Positions 43,340 through 55,504 of a stretch of 64,000 nucleotides of DNA are shown piece by piece. How positions within the stretch are numbered: position 1 is the first letter of the stretch; each line of letters opens with the position of its first letter. The DNA is from Amoebidium appalachense (taxonomy: Eukaryota > Protista > Ichthyosporea), in assembly GCA_963693365.1 (NCBI GenBank), contig CAVNZM010000016.1, positions 62,001-126,000 of the forward strand, read 5' to 3'. The position numbers and the translations under genes are program-made. The notes under the pieces were generated by a model. The model was not told the origin of the DNA and made no database searches. It saw nothing but the letters and a program-made list of their open reading frames with translations.

Positions 43340-45291
43340 GGTTGTGTAACTTTGTGCCGTGGATAAGTATTACTTATGTGATAGATATAAGACCAGACAT
43401 ACATTATTTATCAATGGTGGACATTAGCCATCATATGGTTATGCGATGGATCGGTAAAGATGCATAATGTTTATCCGGAAATGCCTTATTACATATCAAA
43501 TACACCCTAATAGATATGCTACAGATATACAGTACCAAAATTATGCAATTAATCCAGTGGATATACCCTAGAGATGTAGCTACAGATGTATCTGGCTATC
43601 TGTATGGGTATCAACCCAGATAGGCTGTTATAGTGATATTTTGAGTATTAGATAGGTTTTATTTGTGGAAATTATTGACATAAATATTTTTCTGGGTAAA
43701 CACGTAGGATGGGTGTCCGATATCAACAGGCTTTGTTTCATGTTTTAGCAGTTCGCGTTCGGCTGCCCGCATACGGGCACCTATTAGCCGATCAAAACAT
43801 CAGATTCCACAGATCACTAGACCGAGTCTGATTGGCTCAGGATAAGATTTCACATAACACTAGATCGGTTTTGATTGGCTCAGTTCGGTAGCCGTAGGTA
43901 TATAAGCACGACAGTTTTTACTGTAGTAGCAGATCAGCAGGCAACAACACATCTTCTGTGTTTAGCACCTACAGCTTTACAGCTATATTTTAGATACGGG
44001 TGTAAATGGATATCCCAAAACATGTATGTTTGTTAAGTGTTAGGCATTAGGTTGGGCATCTACTGTGATATGTTTGTTTTTCATGCATTACGTATCAACA
44101 TAGGTGCCGAGTGCATATGTAGGTGTATATGTATCCGCATATCATGTTGGATATTAACCTTAGATATTGTGAATGGTGATGCATTGTATATGAATATCGA
44201 CATATATTGGATGGGTAAGCAGGGGTGCATATGGATAGCCGTTGGGGATCGGTATGGGGGTCTATTGTGATATGTATTTTCGTCATGCATTGGATATTAG
44301 TATTAGGGTCTAGTGGATGGGCAAATGCAGGTGTATCAAGATATCTGTATGGATGTTAAGCCTAGATAACCAGTATAGCTATCCATTGTGTCTTAGTATG
44401 ATTGTCTATTGGACATCAGCGTGCGGGTGTATATGGATAACCGTCAGAGCCATATTTGGTGATCTAATTGGATATGTAGAATCGTCATGCTTTGGTTATT
44501 ATAGGAGGGTCTAGTGGACAAGCAAATGCGTATGTATCTGGATATCGGAATGGATATCCATTGAACGTATCCAATATGGGCATGCATTGTTCATTAGCGT
44601 TGGGGTCAAGTGCACATGTATTAGCGATCCATCTGATAATTTCAATGGATATCCAATATGGACATCCACTATAGACCGCCATTGGATATACTTGTTAGGT
44701 GTATTGCATGTCTTGCGACAGGGATATCTTGATATCTGTATGGGGATTTTGATCGGATATCCGTGTCAGTCATGTATTGGATATGTTGTTACTGATCCAG
44801 TCTAATATACAGCTAAGCATCCAAATGGATATCCAGAATGTTACATATCCATATAGCTATCCAACGGAGGAATGCAGTTGAAATTCCATCATTGGATATC
44901 CAGCGTCGATATCCATTGTGGGCATCTGTCTAATATCCAATACATGCCGAACCAACCATATGGCGTTTGATGTCTGCATTCATATGCATCTAATGTGTAT
45001 TTAATGGCCATTATAGGTGCACTTATGTATCCATATAAGCATTGATTGCATATCCAGATATGTGATATCACAACGATGCCCAATGGAGGTACAGCATGGA
45101 TATCCATATGTGATATCTATTGGGGGTGTAATATCTTGATCACTATCTAAGCATGCAACTACATATATATTGGACATTGGTTGGAGGTCAGGAGGAAATA
45201 GACATGTTGTATATATCCAGTGGATGGTATTGATATGTTCGACTGAAACCATCCTACATATCGTGTGTATATCCAAAGGATATCCATTAAT
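43340..45291. repeat. Degenerate GGATAT/ATATCC-rich repeat (similar DNA at 29290-29880)
   Basis: Dozens of ggatat/atatcc motifs in both orientations; no clear period seen. Confidence 0.65.
43654..43991 (+). mobile_element. Solo A repeat of the Ngaro-like family
   Basis: Matches 45516-45845 with an 8-bp insertion; no internal domain follows. Confidence 0.92.
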
Positions 45292-45689
45292 CTATGAAAA
45301 ACTACTCCGGGACGTGTGTTGCCTCTAGGGGGACATCCCCTTGGACGAAAGTGAACCTGCAATGGTTGTAAACCACGGCAAGGCCCCAGTCATCGATTTA
45401 TTGATCCGTGAGGTCCATGTGCCCAAAAAACGGGGGAAGGCTTCGCCCCGTGAAAAAACAGCACGTATGTGTGGATCAATGGGGGTTGTGTGTGGGTGTA
45501 GGTGGGTGGGTGAAAAGGTTTTATTTGTGGAAATTATTGACATAAATATTTTTCTGGGTAAACACGTAGGATGGGTGTCCGATATCAACAGGCTTTGTTT
45601 CATGTTTTAGCAGTTCGCGTTCGGCTGCCCGCATACGGGCACCTATTAGCCGATCAAAACATCAGATTCCACAGATCACTAGACCGAGT

Positions 45690-45770
45690 CTGATTGGCTC
45701 AGGATAAGATTTCACATAACACTAGATCGGTTTTGATTGGCTCAGTTCGGTAGCCGTAGGTATATAAGCA
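45690..45770 (+). promoter_or_regulatory. Putative promoter within the A repeat: two inverted CCAAT boxes plus TATA
   Basis: GATTGG at 45692 and 45735 in duplicated context; TATATAAG at 45761, ~120 nt before the gag ATG; largely conserved in the other A copies. Confidence 0.6.
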
Positions 45771-45882
45771 CGACAGTTTTTAGCAGATCAGCAGGCAACA
45801 ACACATCTTCTGTGTTTAGCACCTACAGCTTTACAGCTATATTTTCTTTTCACTCTCCCTATCTTTCCGTACGCCGGTCAGC

Positions 45883-47052
45883 ATGCCGCCGAAAAAGCGC
45901 CAGGCCTCAGCCACTGCCCCTGCCGCGGCACCCAAGCGCCTGACCCGCATCGACCTCCGCCACAGGCTGACCAACGCTCCCGCGGACACTGACGCGCCTC
46001 CAGCGGCCCAGACCACCTCGGACCCGGACCCGCCGGCTAGTCTCCCCTCCCCTCCTGAAGTCCCCCCTCAGGCCCCGCCGTCCCCGCAGATGACTTCTCA
46101 AGACGCCGTCCTTGCCGCCCTTACCGCCATCAGCACCCAGATGGCTGGCGTCCTGGCTGCTCTCACCAACCGCGACCCTCCCGCGCCCCCCGCCGCGCCC
46201 TCCGCACCCGGGGAGGTTTCCCCGGGGCTGCATCTCGGCCCTGACCTAGACCTACCTGCCCTGCCCGCGCCCCCCATCACAGGTGAGAACACTGGCGACA
46301 TTCAGCCGGGCACACTCCCGCTTCCCCCCGCGGATGTGCTGGCAGATTTGCGCGCCAATCGTTTCGTCGACCTGTATAAGTTCACCCCCGCCGCCCTCCT
46401 GGCCCCATCCAAGAAAGGTCAGCATCTGCGCATGGCCGACGACGGCAGCATCGAGACTTTTCGCCAAGACAAACCCGTTCCCCTGCGTTCACTCGTCATT
46501 TGGATCCAGGCTTGGACCCATTACATGGCCGCCAAGCACCACCTCGGCCTCCCCACGGACAAAGACGTACTTTGGGCTCAGCACATCACTCGCCTCAGCA
46601 CCCGATACCCGTGGGCCCAGATCCACAACTATGACGTATACGCCCGAACCGTTGCCCACCAGCAGGGTCGGGCTCCGATCGAGTGTCCCAACCTGCTCGC
46701 CCAACTCCACCAGGATCTCCTCTTGCCACCCACTCTGCTCATCCCGGACGCATGTCAGCGCTGTGGCTTCCCTGACCACCCCAGCGCGGCCTGCCCCATG
46801 TACCCCAAGCCCGGCTGTGGTCTTGACGGCTTTAAGCCGCCCCACAAGCCCGGCGGGGGTCAAACCCCTAACCGCCCTGGCCCGCAACCCGGCCCGGCAA
46901 AACCGGCCCGACCCGTGGATCTACCCGCGACGCACTGCAGGAATTTCCACATTAACGGTCGGTCCTGCGCTAAGCAGCCCTGCCCCTTCTCCCACGTGTG
47001 CCCGCTCTGCTCTGGCACACACCCCCGCAAAGACTGCAAACACAATGCCTAG
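45883..47052 (+). CDS. gag: Gag (389 aa)
   Basis: Intact; FVDL, W.QAW..Y, YD...R motifs; CCHC knuckle and terminal C-x7-C-x4-C-x3-H / C-x2-C-x3-H-x4-C fingers. Confidence 0.9.
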   Translation: MPPKKRQASATAPAAAPKRLTRIDLRHRLTNAPADTDAPPAAQTTSDPDPPASLPSPPEVPPQAPPSPQMTSQDAVLAALTAISTQMAGVLAALTNRDPPAPPAAPSAPGEVSPGLHLGPDLDLPALPAPPITGENTGDIQPGTLPLPPADVLADLRANRFVDLYKFTPAALLAPSKKGQHLRMADDGSIETFRQDKPVPLRSLVIWIQAWTHYMAAKHHLGLPTDKDVLWAQHITRLSTRYPWAQIHNYDVYARTVAHQQGRAPIECPNLLAQLHQDLLLPPTLLIPDACQRCGFPDHPSAACPMYPKPGCGLDGFKPPHKPGGGQTPNRPGPQPGPAKPARPVDLPATHCRNFHINGRSCAKQPCPFSHVCPLCSGTHPRKDCKHNA

Positions 47053-47444
47053 TCTACGCGCACACCCACACACACAGCTAGAACATAGGGGTTAGGAGCT
47101 AGGACACACGAGTACAGGGAAACGGAGCTCGGGAGAACGGGCCCATAGGGCTGAGTACAAAATTTCGCAGGCCAAACTACGGCGCCCGCGCGCGTCAAGA
47201 ATAAATGTCCCTACACAAAGACGTTTATTCTGGCCACTGCACATAATTTTACTCCCCCCCCCCATCCCACGAGCCTCCCCCCCCTTACACTCACCTAGCA
47301 CTCCCTCCCCCCCCCTTCTTCTACCTCTGTGTCCGCCCACACCCCCGCGTGCTCGGGCACATTCCCCTGCACAGGGCCCCGCTGCCCTCCCTGCCAACCT
47401 TCACTCGGGCCCAGCTGCCCTACCCTAACCCCCCCGGGGCCCTG

Positions 47445-47481
<37 letters not shown>

Positions 47482-47512
47482 CTGCCGGGATCTCCCCGAG
47501 GGTGCCCCACCC

Positions 47513-49819
47513 TTGCTAACCACCCCCTTCCCCCGAGGCTCAGACCCGGAGGCCCGCCCGCTGCCCCAGCACCGCATTGACACCTCCCGCCTCCGGGAAC
47601 TGCTGGCCTCCTACCCAGACCAATCATTCGCCGCACAACTCCTCCACGATGTCGAATTCGGTGTCGACATCGGCTATCGCGGGCCCTCCACCTCTCGGGT
47701 GGGCCCCAACCTACCCACCACCCCGGAGGCAGCTTCCGCTATCACGTCGGATATTGCCAAAGAAGTCGCCCTCGGCCACCTGCGCGGCCCCCTCTCCCCG
47801 GCCCAATTCTTTGACGAATTTCCGGTCCACCGTTCCTCCCCCATCGGCGCCGTTACCAAGAAAGGGAACCCCCCCAAGTACCGTCGAATCCACCACCTCT
47901 CCTGGCCCCGGGGTAGCAGTGTCAATGACAGCATCACCTACCCCGACGAACTTCAGTACATTCGCGCCCGGGACGTCACCCAGCTCATTCTCGACGCAGG
48001 CCCCGGCTGCTACATGGCCGTGGCAGATGTGCAGGCTGCCTTCCGGCACATGCCCATCCGACCAGAAGACCATCACTTAATGGCATTCAAATGGTTGGGG
48101 CATTTTTACGTTGAAACCAGACTGCCCTTCGGCCTGAAATCTAGCCCAGCCATCTGGGAACGGATCGCGGCCACCCTACAGTGGCTGGCACACCAGCACG
48201 GTATTACCCTCATCCGCCACTGCGTAGACGACTGGATTATAGTCGCCCCCACACAAGAGCAGTGCCAACGTCACCTATCCACCTTCCTGCAACTCTGCCG
48301 AGAGCTGCACATTGCCATTTCCGAAGACAAGATGCAGGGCCCGGCTACCCGTGTCGTCTTCATCGGTATCGAATTCGACTCCATCACCATGGAGGCACGA
48401 ATCCCGGCTTCCAAGCTCTCGGACCTACTCGACCTCACTTCCCACCCAAAGCCCACCATCACCATTCGGGACCTCCAGTCCCTCCTCGGCAAACTCACCT
48501 GGTGTGCCCAGCTGGTTCCCCCCGGGAGGGCCTTCTCCCAGCGCCTATGGGCCCTTCTCCGGACCCACCCACACCTTGCCGGCCACCACCACATACGACT
48601 GACTGCTGCCGCCCGGGCCGACATAGCCGAATGGCACCAGTTCCTCACATCATGGAATGGGGTGCACCTCATCACACCCCCCACATACACCACCCTGGCC
48701 ACCGATGCTGCCGGATCGGTGGGTCTAGGAGGCCACTGGCTCGACCAATGGTTCTTCATGCCCTGGTCCCCCTCCACCCAAGCCCTCTATGCTCATGAGG
48801 GTAAACTCGGTTCTTCCGTCATTGAACTCCTGGCCATCGCAGCCGCCGTGGCCCTCTGGGCCCCCTCCTGGTCCACCCACCATGTCCGTATTTTATGCGA
48901 CAACACGGGTGCTGTGTCTGACCTACACTCCCTCCCCGCCGATCTCCCGTTCCGGAGCAACGCTGGCAGATTGGCCCCCCACTTTGCTCCGGCCGAGCTG
49001 CTTCGAGCCACCACTACCCTGCAGGAATGCCAGGCCCTGAGTCTCAACCTCGACTCTCGGGCCTTTTACTCCCGGGTGCAGAAAGTGTTCATCGATTTCT
49101 GTGTGGCATCTCGGCTGCAATCCCCCTCCGGGTCCTCCCTCCCGGCCTCCCCACACACCGTGCAACTTTTTCTCGCCTGGTGTGCCCAACGAGGGGTACA
49201 GGCCTCTTCCTTAACCGGCTACAATTCGGCCATCACCAGGCTCCACCTCGACATGGGCCTCCCTGCTCCCTACCCCCACGACAAGTCTCTGGCCTGGTTC
49301 CTACGGGGGGTGGGCAGATGGCAGCTTTCTCACAACATCCGACCCCGCTCATCAACCAGGGAACCCCTCCTGCCCTCCCACCTCAGCCTACTTCATGGCC
49401 AGTGCCCCACAAAGGCCTCCTCGGCCAATCTCCGGCTATGGACAGCCCTCATCGTCGGTTTCTGTGGTCTCCTCCGTTCAGGGGAATTTACCTCCAAGAC
49501 CCTGACTTCTTTCAACCCGTCCCGTCACGTTAAACGGAAAGACGTGACCTTCACCTACACCCCCACCGGTACTTTGTCCCATGCCACCCTCCACCTGCCA
49601 ACCTCTAAGACGGATGTACAGGCCCGAGGTGTCAACGTCACTCTAGCTGCCCTGCCCCTCACCCATTTCTCCCCAGCCCATCTCCTCCGGCAGTTCCTGC
49701 ATACAACGTCCGGTCAACCCGACGACCCCCTCTTCAGTCTCGGTGGCATCCCCTACACCAAGAGTGCTTTCTCTGCCGACTTCCGTGCCCTCCTCTCCCG
49801 GGCAGGCCTCTCACCGTGA
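47513..49819 (+). pseudogene. pol: pol-YR in-frame fusion, defective
   Basis: YVDD>CVDD; RNase H C-terminus deleted at ~48932; a 6-bp insertion gives a stop before the HSLR motif (the YR remnant continues to 50008). Confidence 0.88.
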
Positions 49820-51142
49820 CCCTCCCGGTTTGCCGGACACAGCCTCCGCATCGGGGGGGCCACAGCACTGGCTGAGGCCGGGGTCGACGACTCCCGGATC
49901 AAACAACTCGGCAGGTGGTCCTCCGACTGTTTCCTGATCTATACACGACTTCGTCCGGCCTCCATTGCTGCCACTACCACACGTGTATTCGCCTCTATTC
50001 TTAAGTGAAACCTTTGGAGCAAGCATGCTGCTCTCGTGCCGTGGTTTACAACCATTGCAGGTTCACTTTCGTCCAAGGGGATGTCCCCCTAGAGGCAACA
50101 CACGTCCCGGAGTAGTTTTCATAGAGGTTTTATTTGTGGAAATTATTGACATAAATATTTTTCTGGGTAAACACGTAGGATGGGTGTCCGATATCAACAG
50201 GCTTTGTTTCATGTTTTAGCAGTTCGCGTTCGGCTGCCCGCATACGGGCACCTATTAGCCGATCAAAACATCAGATTCCACAGATCACTAGACCGAGTCT
50301 GATTGGCTCAGGATAAGATTTCACATAACACTAGATCGGTTTTGATTGGCTCAGTTCGGTAGCCGTAGGTATATAAGCACGACAGTTTTTAGCAGATAAG
50401 CAGGCAACAACACATCTTCTGTGTTTAGCACCTACAGCTTTACAGCTATATTTTCTTTTCACCCACCCACCTACACCCTACACTCAACCCCCATTGATCC
50501 CCACATACGTGCTGTTTTTTCACGGGGCGAAGACTTCCCCCGTTTTTTGGGCACATGGACCTCACGGATCAATAAATTGATGACTGGGGGCCTGCCGTGG
50601 TTTACAACCATTGCAGGTTCACTTTCGTCCAAGGGGATGTCCCCCTAGAGGCAACACACGTCCCGGAGTAGTTTTCATAGAGGAATATATAGCTGTAAGG
50701 CTGTGGATGCCAAACACAGAAGATGTGTTTGTAGCTTGCTGATCTGCTAAAAACTGTCGTGCTTATATACCTAAGCCTACCGATCTGAACCAATCAAAAA
50801 TCGATCTAGTGATATGTGAAATCTGATCCGAGCCAATCATAACTCGGTCTAGTGATCTGTGGTATCTGATGTTTTGACTGGCTAATAGGTGCCCGTGTGC
50901 GGGCAGCCAACCGCTAACTGCTAAAACACGAAATGAAGCCTACATGGTTATGTTGGTATCGAACACCCATCCTACGTGTTTACCCAGAAAAATATTTATG
51001 TCAATAATTTCCACAAATAAAACCTCTATGAAAAACTACTCCGGGACGTGTGTTGCCTCTAGGGGGACATCCCCTTGGACGAAAGTGAACCTGCAATGGT
51101 TGTAAACCACGGCACGAGAGCAGTATGCTTGCTCCAAAGGTT

Positions 51143-52203
51143 TCACTTAAGAATAGAGGCGAATACACGTGTGGTGGTGGCAGCAATGGAGGCCGGACGA
51201 AGTCGGGTATAGATCAGGAAGCAGTCGGAGGACCACCGGCCGAGTTGTTTGATCCGGGAGTCGTCGACCCCGGCCTCAGCCAGTGCTGTGGCCCCCCCGA
51301 TGCGGAGGCTGTGTCCGGCAAACCGGGAGGGTGAGAGGCCTGCCCGGGAGAGGAGGGCACGGAAATCGGCAGAGAAAGCACTCTTGGTGTAGGGGATGCC
51401 ACCGAGACTGAAGAGGGGGTCGTCGGGTTGACCGGACGTTGTATCCAGGAACTGCCGGAGGAGATGGGCTGGGGAGAAGTGGGTGAGGGGCAGGGCAGCT
51501 AGGGTGACGTTGACACCTCGGGCCTGTACATCCGTCTTAGAGGTTGGCAGGTGGAGGGTGGCATGGGACAAAGTACCGGTGGGGGTGTAGCTGAAGGTCA
51601 CGTCCTTCCGTTTAACGTGACGGGACGGGTCGAAAGAAGTCAGGGTCTTGGAGGTAAATTCCCCTGAACGGAGGAGACCACAGAAACCGACGATGAGGGC
51701 CGTCCATAGCCGGAGATTGGCCGAGGAGGCCTTGGTGGGGCACTGGCCGTGGAGTAGGTGGAGGTGGGAGGGGAGGAGGGGTTCCCTGGTGGATGAGCGG
51801 GGTCGGACGTTGTGAGAAAGCTGCCATCGGCCCACCCCCCGTAGGAACCAGGCCAGAGACTTGTCGTGGGGGTAGGGAGCAGGGAGGCCCATGTCGAGGT
51901 GGAGCCTGGTGATGGCCGAATTGTAGCCGGTTAAGGAAGAGGCCTGTACCCCTCGTTGGGCACACCAGGCGAGAAAAAGTTGCACGGTGTGTGGGGAGGC
52001 CGGGAGGGAGGACCCGGAGGAGGATTGCAGCCGAGATGCCACACAGAAATCGATGAACACTTTTTGCACCCGGGAGTAAAAGGCCCGAGAGTCGAGGTTG
52101 AGACTCAGGGCCTGACATTCCTGCAGGGTAGTGGTGGCTCGAAGCAGCTCGGCCGGAGCAAAGTGGGGGGCCAATCTGCCAGTGTTACTCCGGAACGGGA
52201 GAT
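51143..52203 (-). CDS. Tyrosine recombinase, intact frame, no N-terminal ATG
   Basis: R-K-H-R-W-Y residues present; 6 differences in 343 aa from the 5833-6864 translation. Confidence 0.93.
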
Positions 52204-52222
52204 CTGGGGGGGGGGGGGGGGG

Positions 52223-53905
52223 TTAGCCCAAGGGAAGGGATAGGAACTCGTGGACCCAGGAGGGGAAGGGGCAGGGCTCCGGTTGCAGGGAAGGTCGGAG
52301 TCGTCGGGCCCGGGGAAGTTGGTTACGAGAAATGGCATCGGCCAGATGGTTGAGGGGTCCTGGTAGGTAGGATGCCTGTAACGTAAATTGGTATTGCATT
52401 TCCATGCGGGTGATGAACCGAATAAGTTTGGCCATCACGGGGTGGGGGGAAGACCGGGAGTGCAGGTCAGACACAGCACCCGTGTTGTCGCATAAAATAC
52501 GGACATGGTGGGTGGACCAGGAGGGGGCCCAGAGGGCCACGGCGGCTGCGATGGCCAGGAGTTCAATGACGGAAGAACCGAGTTTACCCTCATGAGCATA
52601 GAGGGCTTGGGTGGAGGGGGACCAGGGCATGAAGAACCATTGGTCGAGCCAGTGGCCACCTAGACCCACCGATCCGGCAGCATCAGTGGCCAGGGTGGTG
52701 TATGTGGGGGGTGTGATGAGGTGCACCCCATTCCATGATGTGAGGAACTGGTGCCATTCGGCTATGTCGGCCCGGGCGGCAGCAGTCAGTCGTATGTGGT
52801 GGTGGCCGGCAAGGTGTGGGTGGGTCCGGAGAAGGGCCCATAGGCGCTGGGAGAAGGCCCTCCCGGGGGGAACCAGCTGGGCACACCAGGTGAGTTTGCC
52901 GAGGAGGGACTGGAGGTCCCGAATGGTGATGGTGGGCTTTGGGTGGGAAGTGAGGTCGAGTAGGTCCGAGAGCTTGGAAGCCGGGATTCGTGCCTCCATG
53001 GCGATGGAGTCGAATTCGATACCGATGAAGACGACACGGGTAGCCGGGCCCTGCATCTTGTCTTCGGAGATGGCAATGTGCAGCTCTCGGCAGAGTTGCA
53101 GAAAGGTGGATAGGTGACGTTGGCACTGGTGTTGTGTGGGGGCGACTATAATCCAGTCGTCTACGTAGTGGCGGATGAGGGTAATACCGTGCTGGTGTGC
53201 CAGCCACTGTAGGGTGGCCGCGATCCGTTCCCAGATGGCTGGGCTAGATTTCAGGCCGAAGGGCAGTCTGGTTTCAACGTAAAAATGCCCTTGCCATTTG
53301 AATGCCATTAAGTGGTGGTCTTCCGGTCGGATGGGCATGTGCCGGAAGGCAGCCTGCACATCTGCCACGGCCATGTAGCAGCCGGGGCCTGCGTCGAGAA
53401 TGAGTTGGGTGACATCCCGGGCGCGAATGTACTGAAGTTCGTCGGGGTAGGTGATGCTGTCATTGACACTGCTACCCCGGGGCCAGGAGAGGTGGTGGAT
53501 TCGACGGTACTTGGGGGGGTTCCCTTTTTTGGTAACGGCGCCGATGGGGGAGGAACGGTGGACGGGAAATTCGTCAAAGAATTGGGCCGGGGAGAGGGGG
53601 CCGCGCAGGTGGCCGAGGGCGACTTCTTTGGCAATATCCACCGTGATAGCGGCAGCTGCCTCCGGGGTGGTGGGTAGGTTGGGGCCCACCCGAGAGGTGG
53701 AGGGGCCGCGATAGCCGATGTCGACGCCGAATTCGACATCGTGGAGGAGTTGTGCGGCGAATGGTTGGTCCGGGTAGGAGGCCAGCAGTTCCCGGAGGCG
53801 GGAGGTGTCAATGTGGTGCTGGGGCCACGGGCGGGCCTCCGGGTCTGAGCCTCGGGGGAAGGGGTGGTTAGCAAGGGTGGTGTACCCTTGGGGAGATCCC
53901 GGCAG

Positions 53906-53939
<34 letters not shown>

Positions 53940-54034
53940 CAGGGCCCCGGGGGGTTAGAGTAGGGCAGCTTGGCCCAAGTGAGGGTTGGCAGGGAGGGCA
54001 GCGGGGCCCTGTGCAGGGGAATGTGCCCGAGCAC
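52223..54034 (-). CDS. pol: RT-RNase H, intact frame, true start uncertain
   Basis: RRIHHLS, ADVQAAFR, LPFGLKSSP, YVDD and all RNase H acidic residues; no methyltransferase after RNase H. Confidence 0.93.
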
Positions 54035-54333
54035 GCGGGGGTGTGGGCGGACACAGCGGTAGAAGAAGGGGGGGGGAGGGAGTGCTAGGTGAGTGTAAGG
54101 GGGGGGGGAGGCTCGTGGGATGGGGGGGGGGGGAGTAAAATTATGTGCAGTGGCCAGAATAGACGTCTTTGTATAGGGACATTTATTCTTGACGCGCGCG
54201 GGCGCCGTAGTTGGCCTGCGAAATTTTGTACTCAGCCCTATTGGCCCGTTCTCCCGAGCTCCGTTTCCCTGTACTCGTGTGTCCTAGCTCCGAACCCCTA
54301 TGTTCTAGCTGTGTGTGTGGGTGTGCGCGTAGA

Positions 54334-55504
54334 CTAGGCATTGTGCTTGCAGTCTTTGCGGGGGTGTGTGCCAGAGCAGAGCGGGCACACGTGGGAGAAG
54401 GGGCAGGGCTGCTTAGCGCAGGACCGACCGTTAATGTGGAAAATCCTGCAGTGCGTCGCGGGTAGATCCACGGGTCGGGCCGGTTTTGCCGGGCCGGGTT
54501 GCGGGCCAGGGCGGTTAGGGGTGTGACCCCCGCCGGGCTTGTGGGGCGGCTTAAAGCCGTCAAGACCACAGCCGGGCTTGGGGTACATGGGGCAGGCCGC
54601 GCTGGGGTGGTCGGGGAAGCCACAGCGCTGACATGCGTCCTGGATGAGCAGGGTGGGTGGCAGGAGGAGATCCTGGTGGAGTTGGGCGAGCAGGTTGGGG
54701 CACTCGATCAGAGCCCGACCCTGCTGGTGGGCCACGGTGCGGGCGTATACGTCATAGTTGTGGATCTGGGCCCACGGGTATCGGGTGCTGAGGCGAGTGA
54801 TGTGCTGAGTCCAAAGTACGTCTTTGTCCGTGGGAAGGCCGAGGTGGTGCTTGGCGGCCATGTAATGGGTCCAAGCTTGGATCCAAATGACGAGTGAACG
54901 CAGGGGAACGGGTTTGTCTTGGCGAAAAGTCTCGATGCTGCCGTCGTCGGCCATGCGCAGATGCTGACCTTTCTTGGATGGGGCCAGGAGGGCGGCGGGG
55001 GTGAACTTATACAGGTCGACGAAACGATTGGCGCGCAAATCTGCCAGCACATCCGCGGGGGGAAGCGGGAGTGTGCCCGGCTGAATGTCGCCAGTGTTCT
55101 CACCTGTGATGGGGGGCGCGGGCAGGGCAGGCAGGTCAAGGTCAGGGCCGAGATGCAGCCCTGGGGAAACCTCCCCGGGTGTGGAGGGCGCGGCGGGGGG
55201 CGCGGGAGGGTCGCGGTTGGTGAGAGCAGCCAGGACGCCAGCCATCTGGGTGCTGATGGCGGTGAGGGCGGCCAGGACGGCGTCTTGAGAAGTCATCTGC
55301 GGGGACGGCGGGGCCTGAGGGGGGACTTCAGGGGTGGAGGGGAGAGTAGCCGGCGGGTCCGGGTCCGTGGTGGTATGGGCCGCTGGAGGCGCGTCAGTGT
55401 CCGCGGGAGCGTTGGTCAGCCTGTGGCGGAGGTCGCTGCGGGTCAGGCGCTTAGGTGCCGCGGCAGGGGGCGGCGGCTGAGGCCTGGCGCTTTTTCGGCG
55501 GCAT
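54334..55504 (-). pseudogene. gag: gag with one extra C in a C-run near codon 13 (real or sequencing error)
   Basis: 1171 nt versus 1170 nt for the intact copy; otherwise nearly identical protein. Confidence 0.85.

Larger units (their letters stand above)
45516..50683 (+). mobile_element. Nested Ngaro-like element (A1 45519-45853, B1 50037-50124, A2 50128-50462, B2 50593-50680)
   Basis: Split direct repeats, AGG at both junctions, gag/pol/YR order. Confidence 0.95.

Noticed and set aside
47045-47095. ATG overlapping the gag stop (ATGCCTAG) as the pol start
   Set aside because: In the intact minus-strand copy it is not in the pol frame; it gives 16 aa in one copy and 52 aa in the other.
48925-48945. 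RH-YR fusion as a precisely spliced cDNA
   Set aside because: The junction ctccc-tccccgcc-gatctc is not an exact GT-AG removal, so it is not counted as evidence for splicing.
45516-50683. DIRS1-type classification
   Set aside because: No inverted terminal repeats or ICR and no methyltransferase domain; the repeats are split direct.
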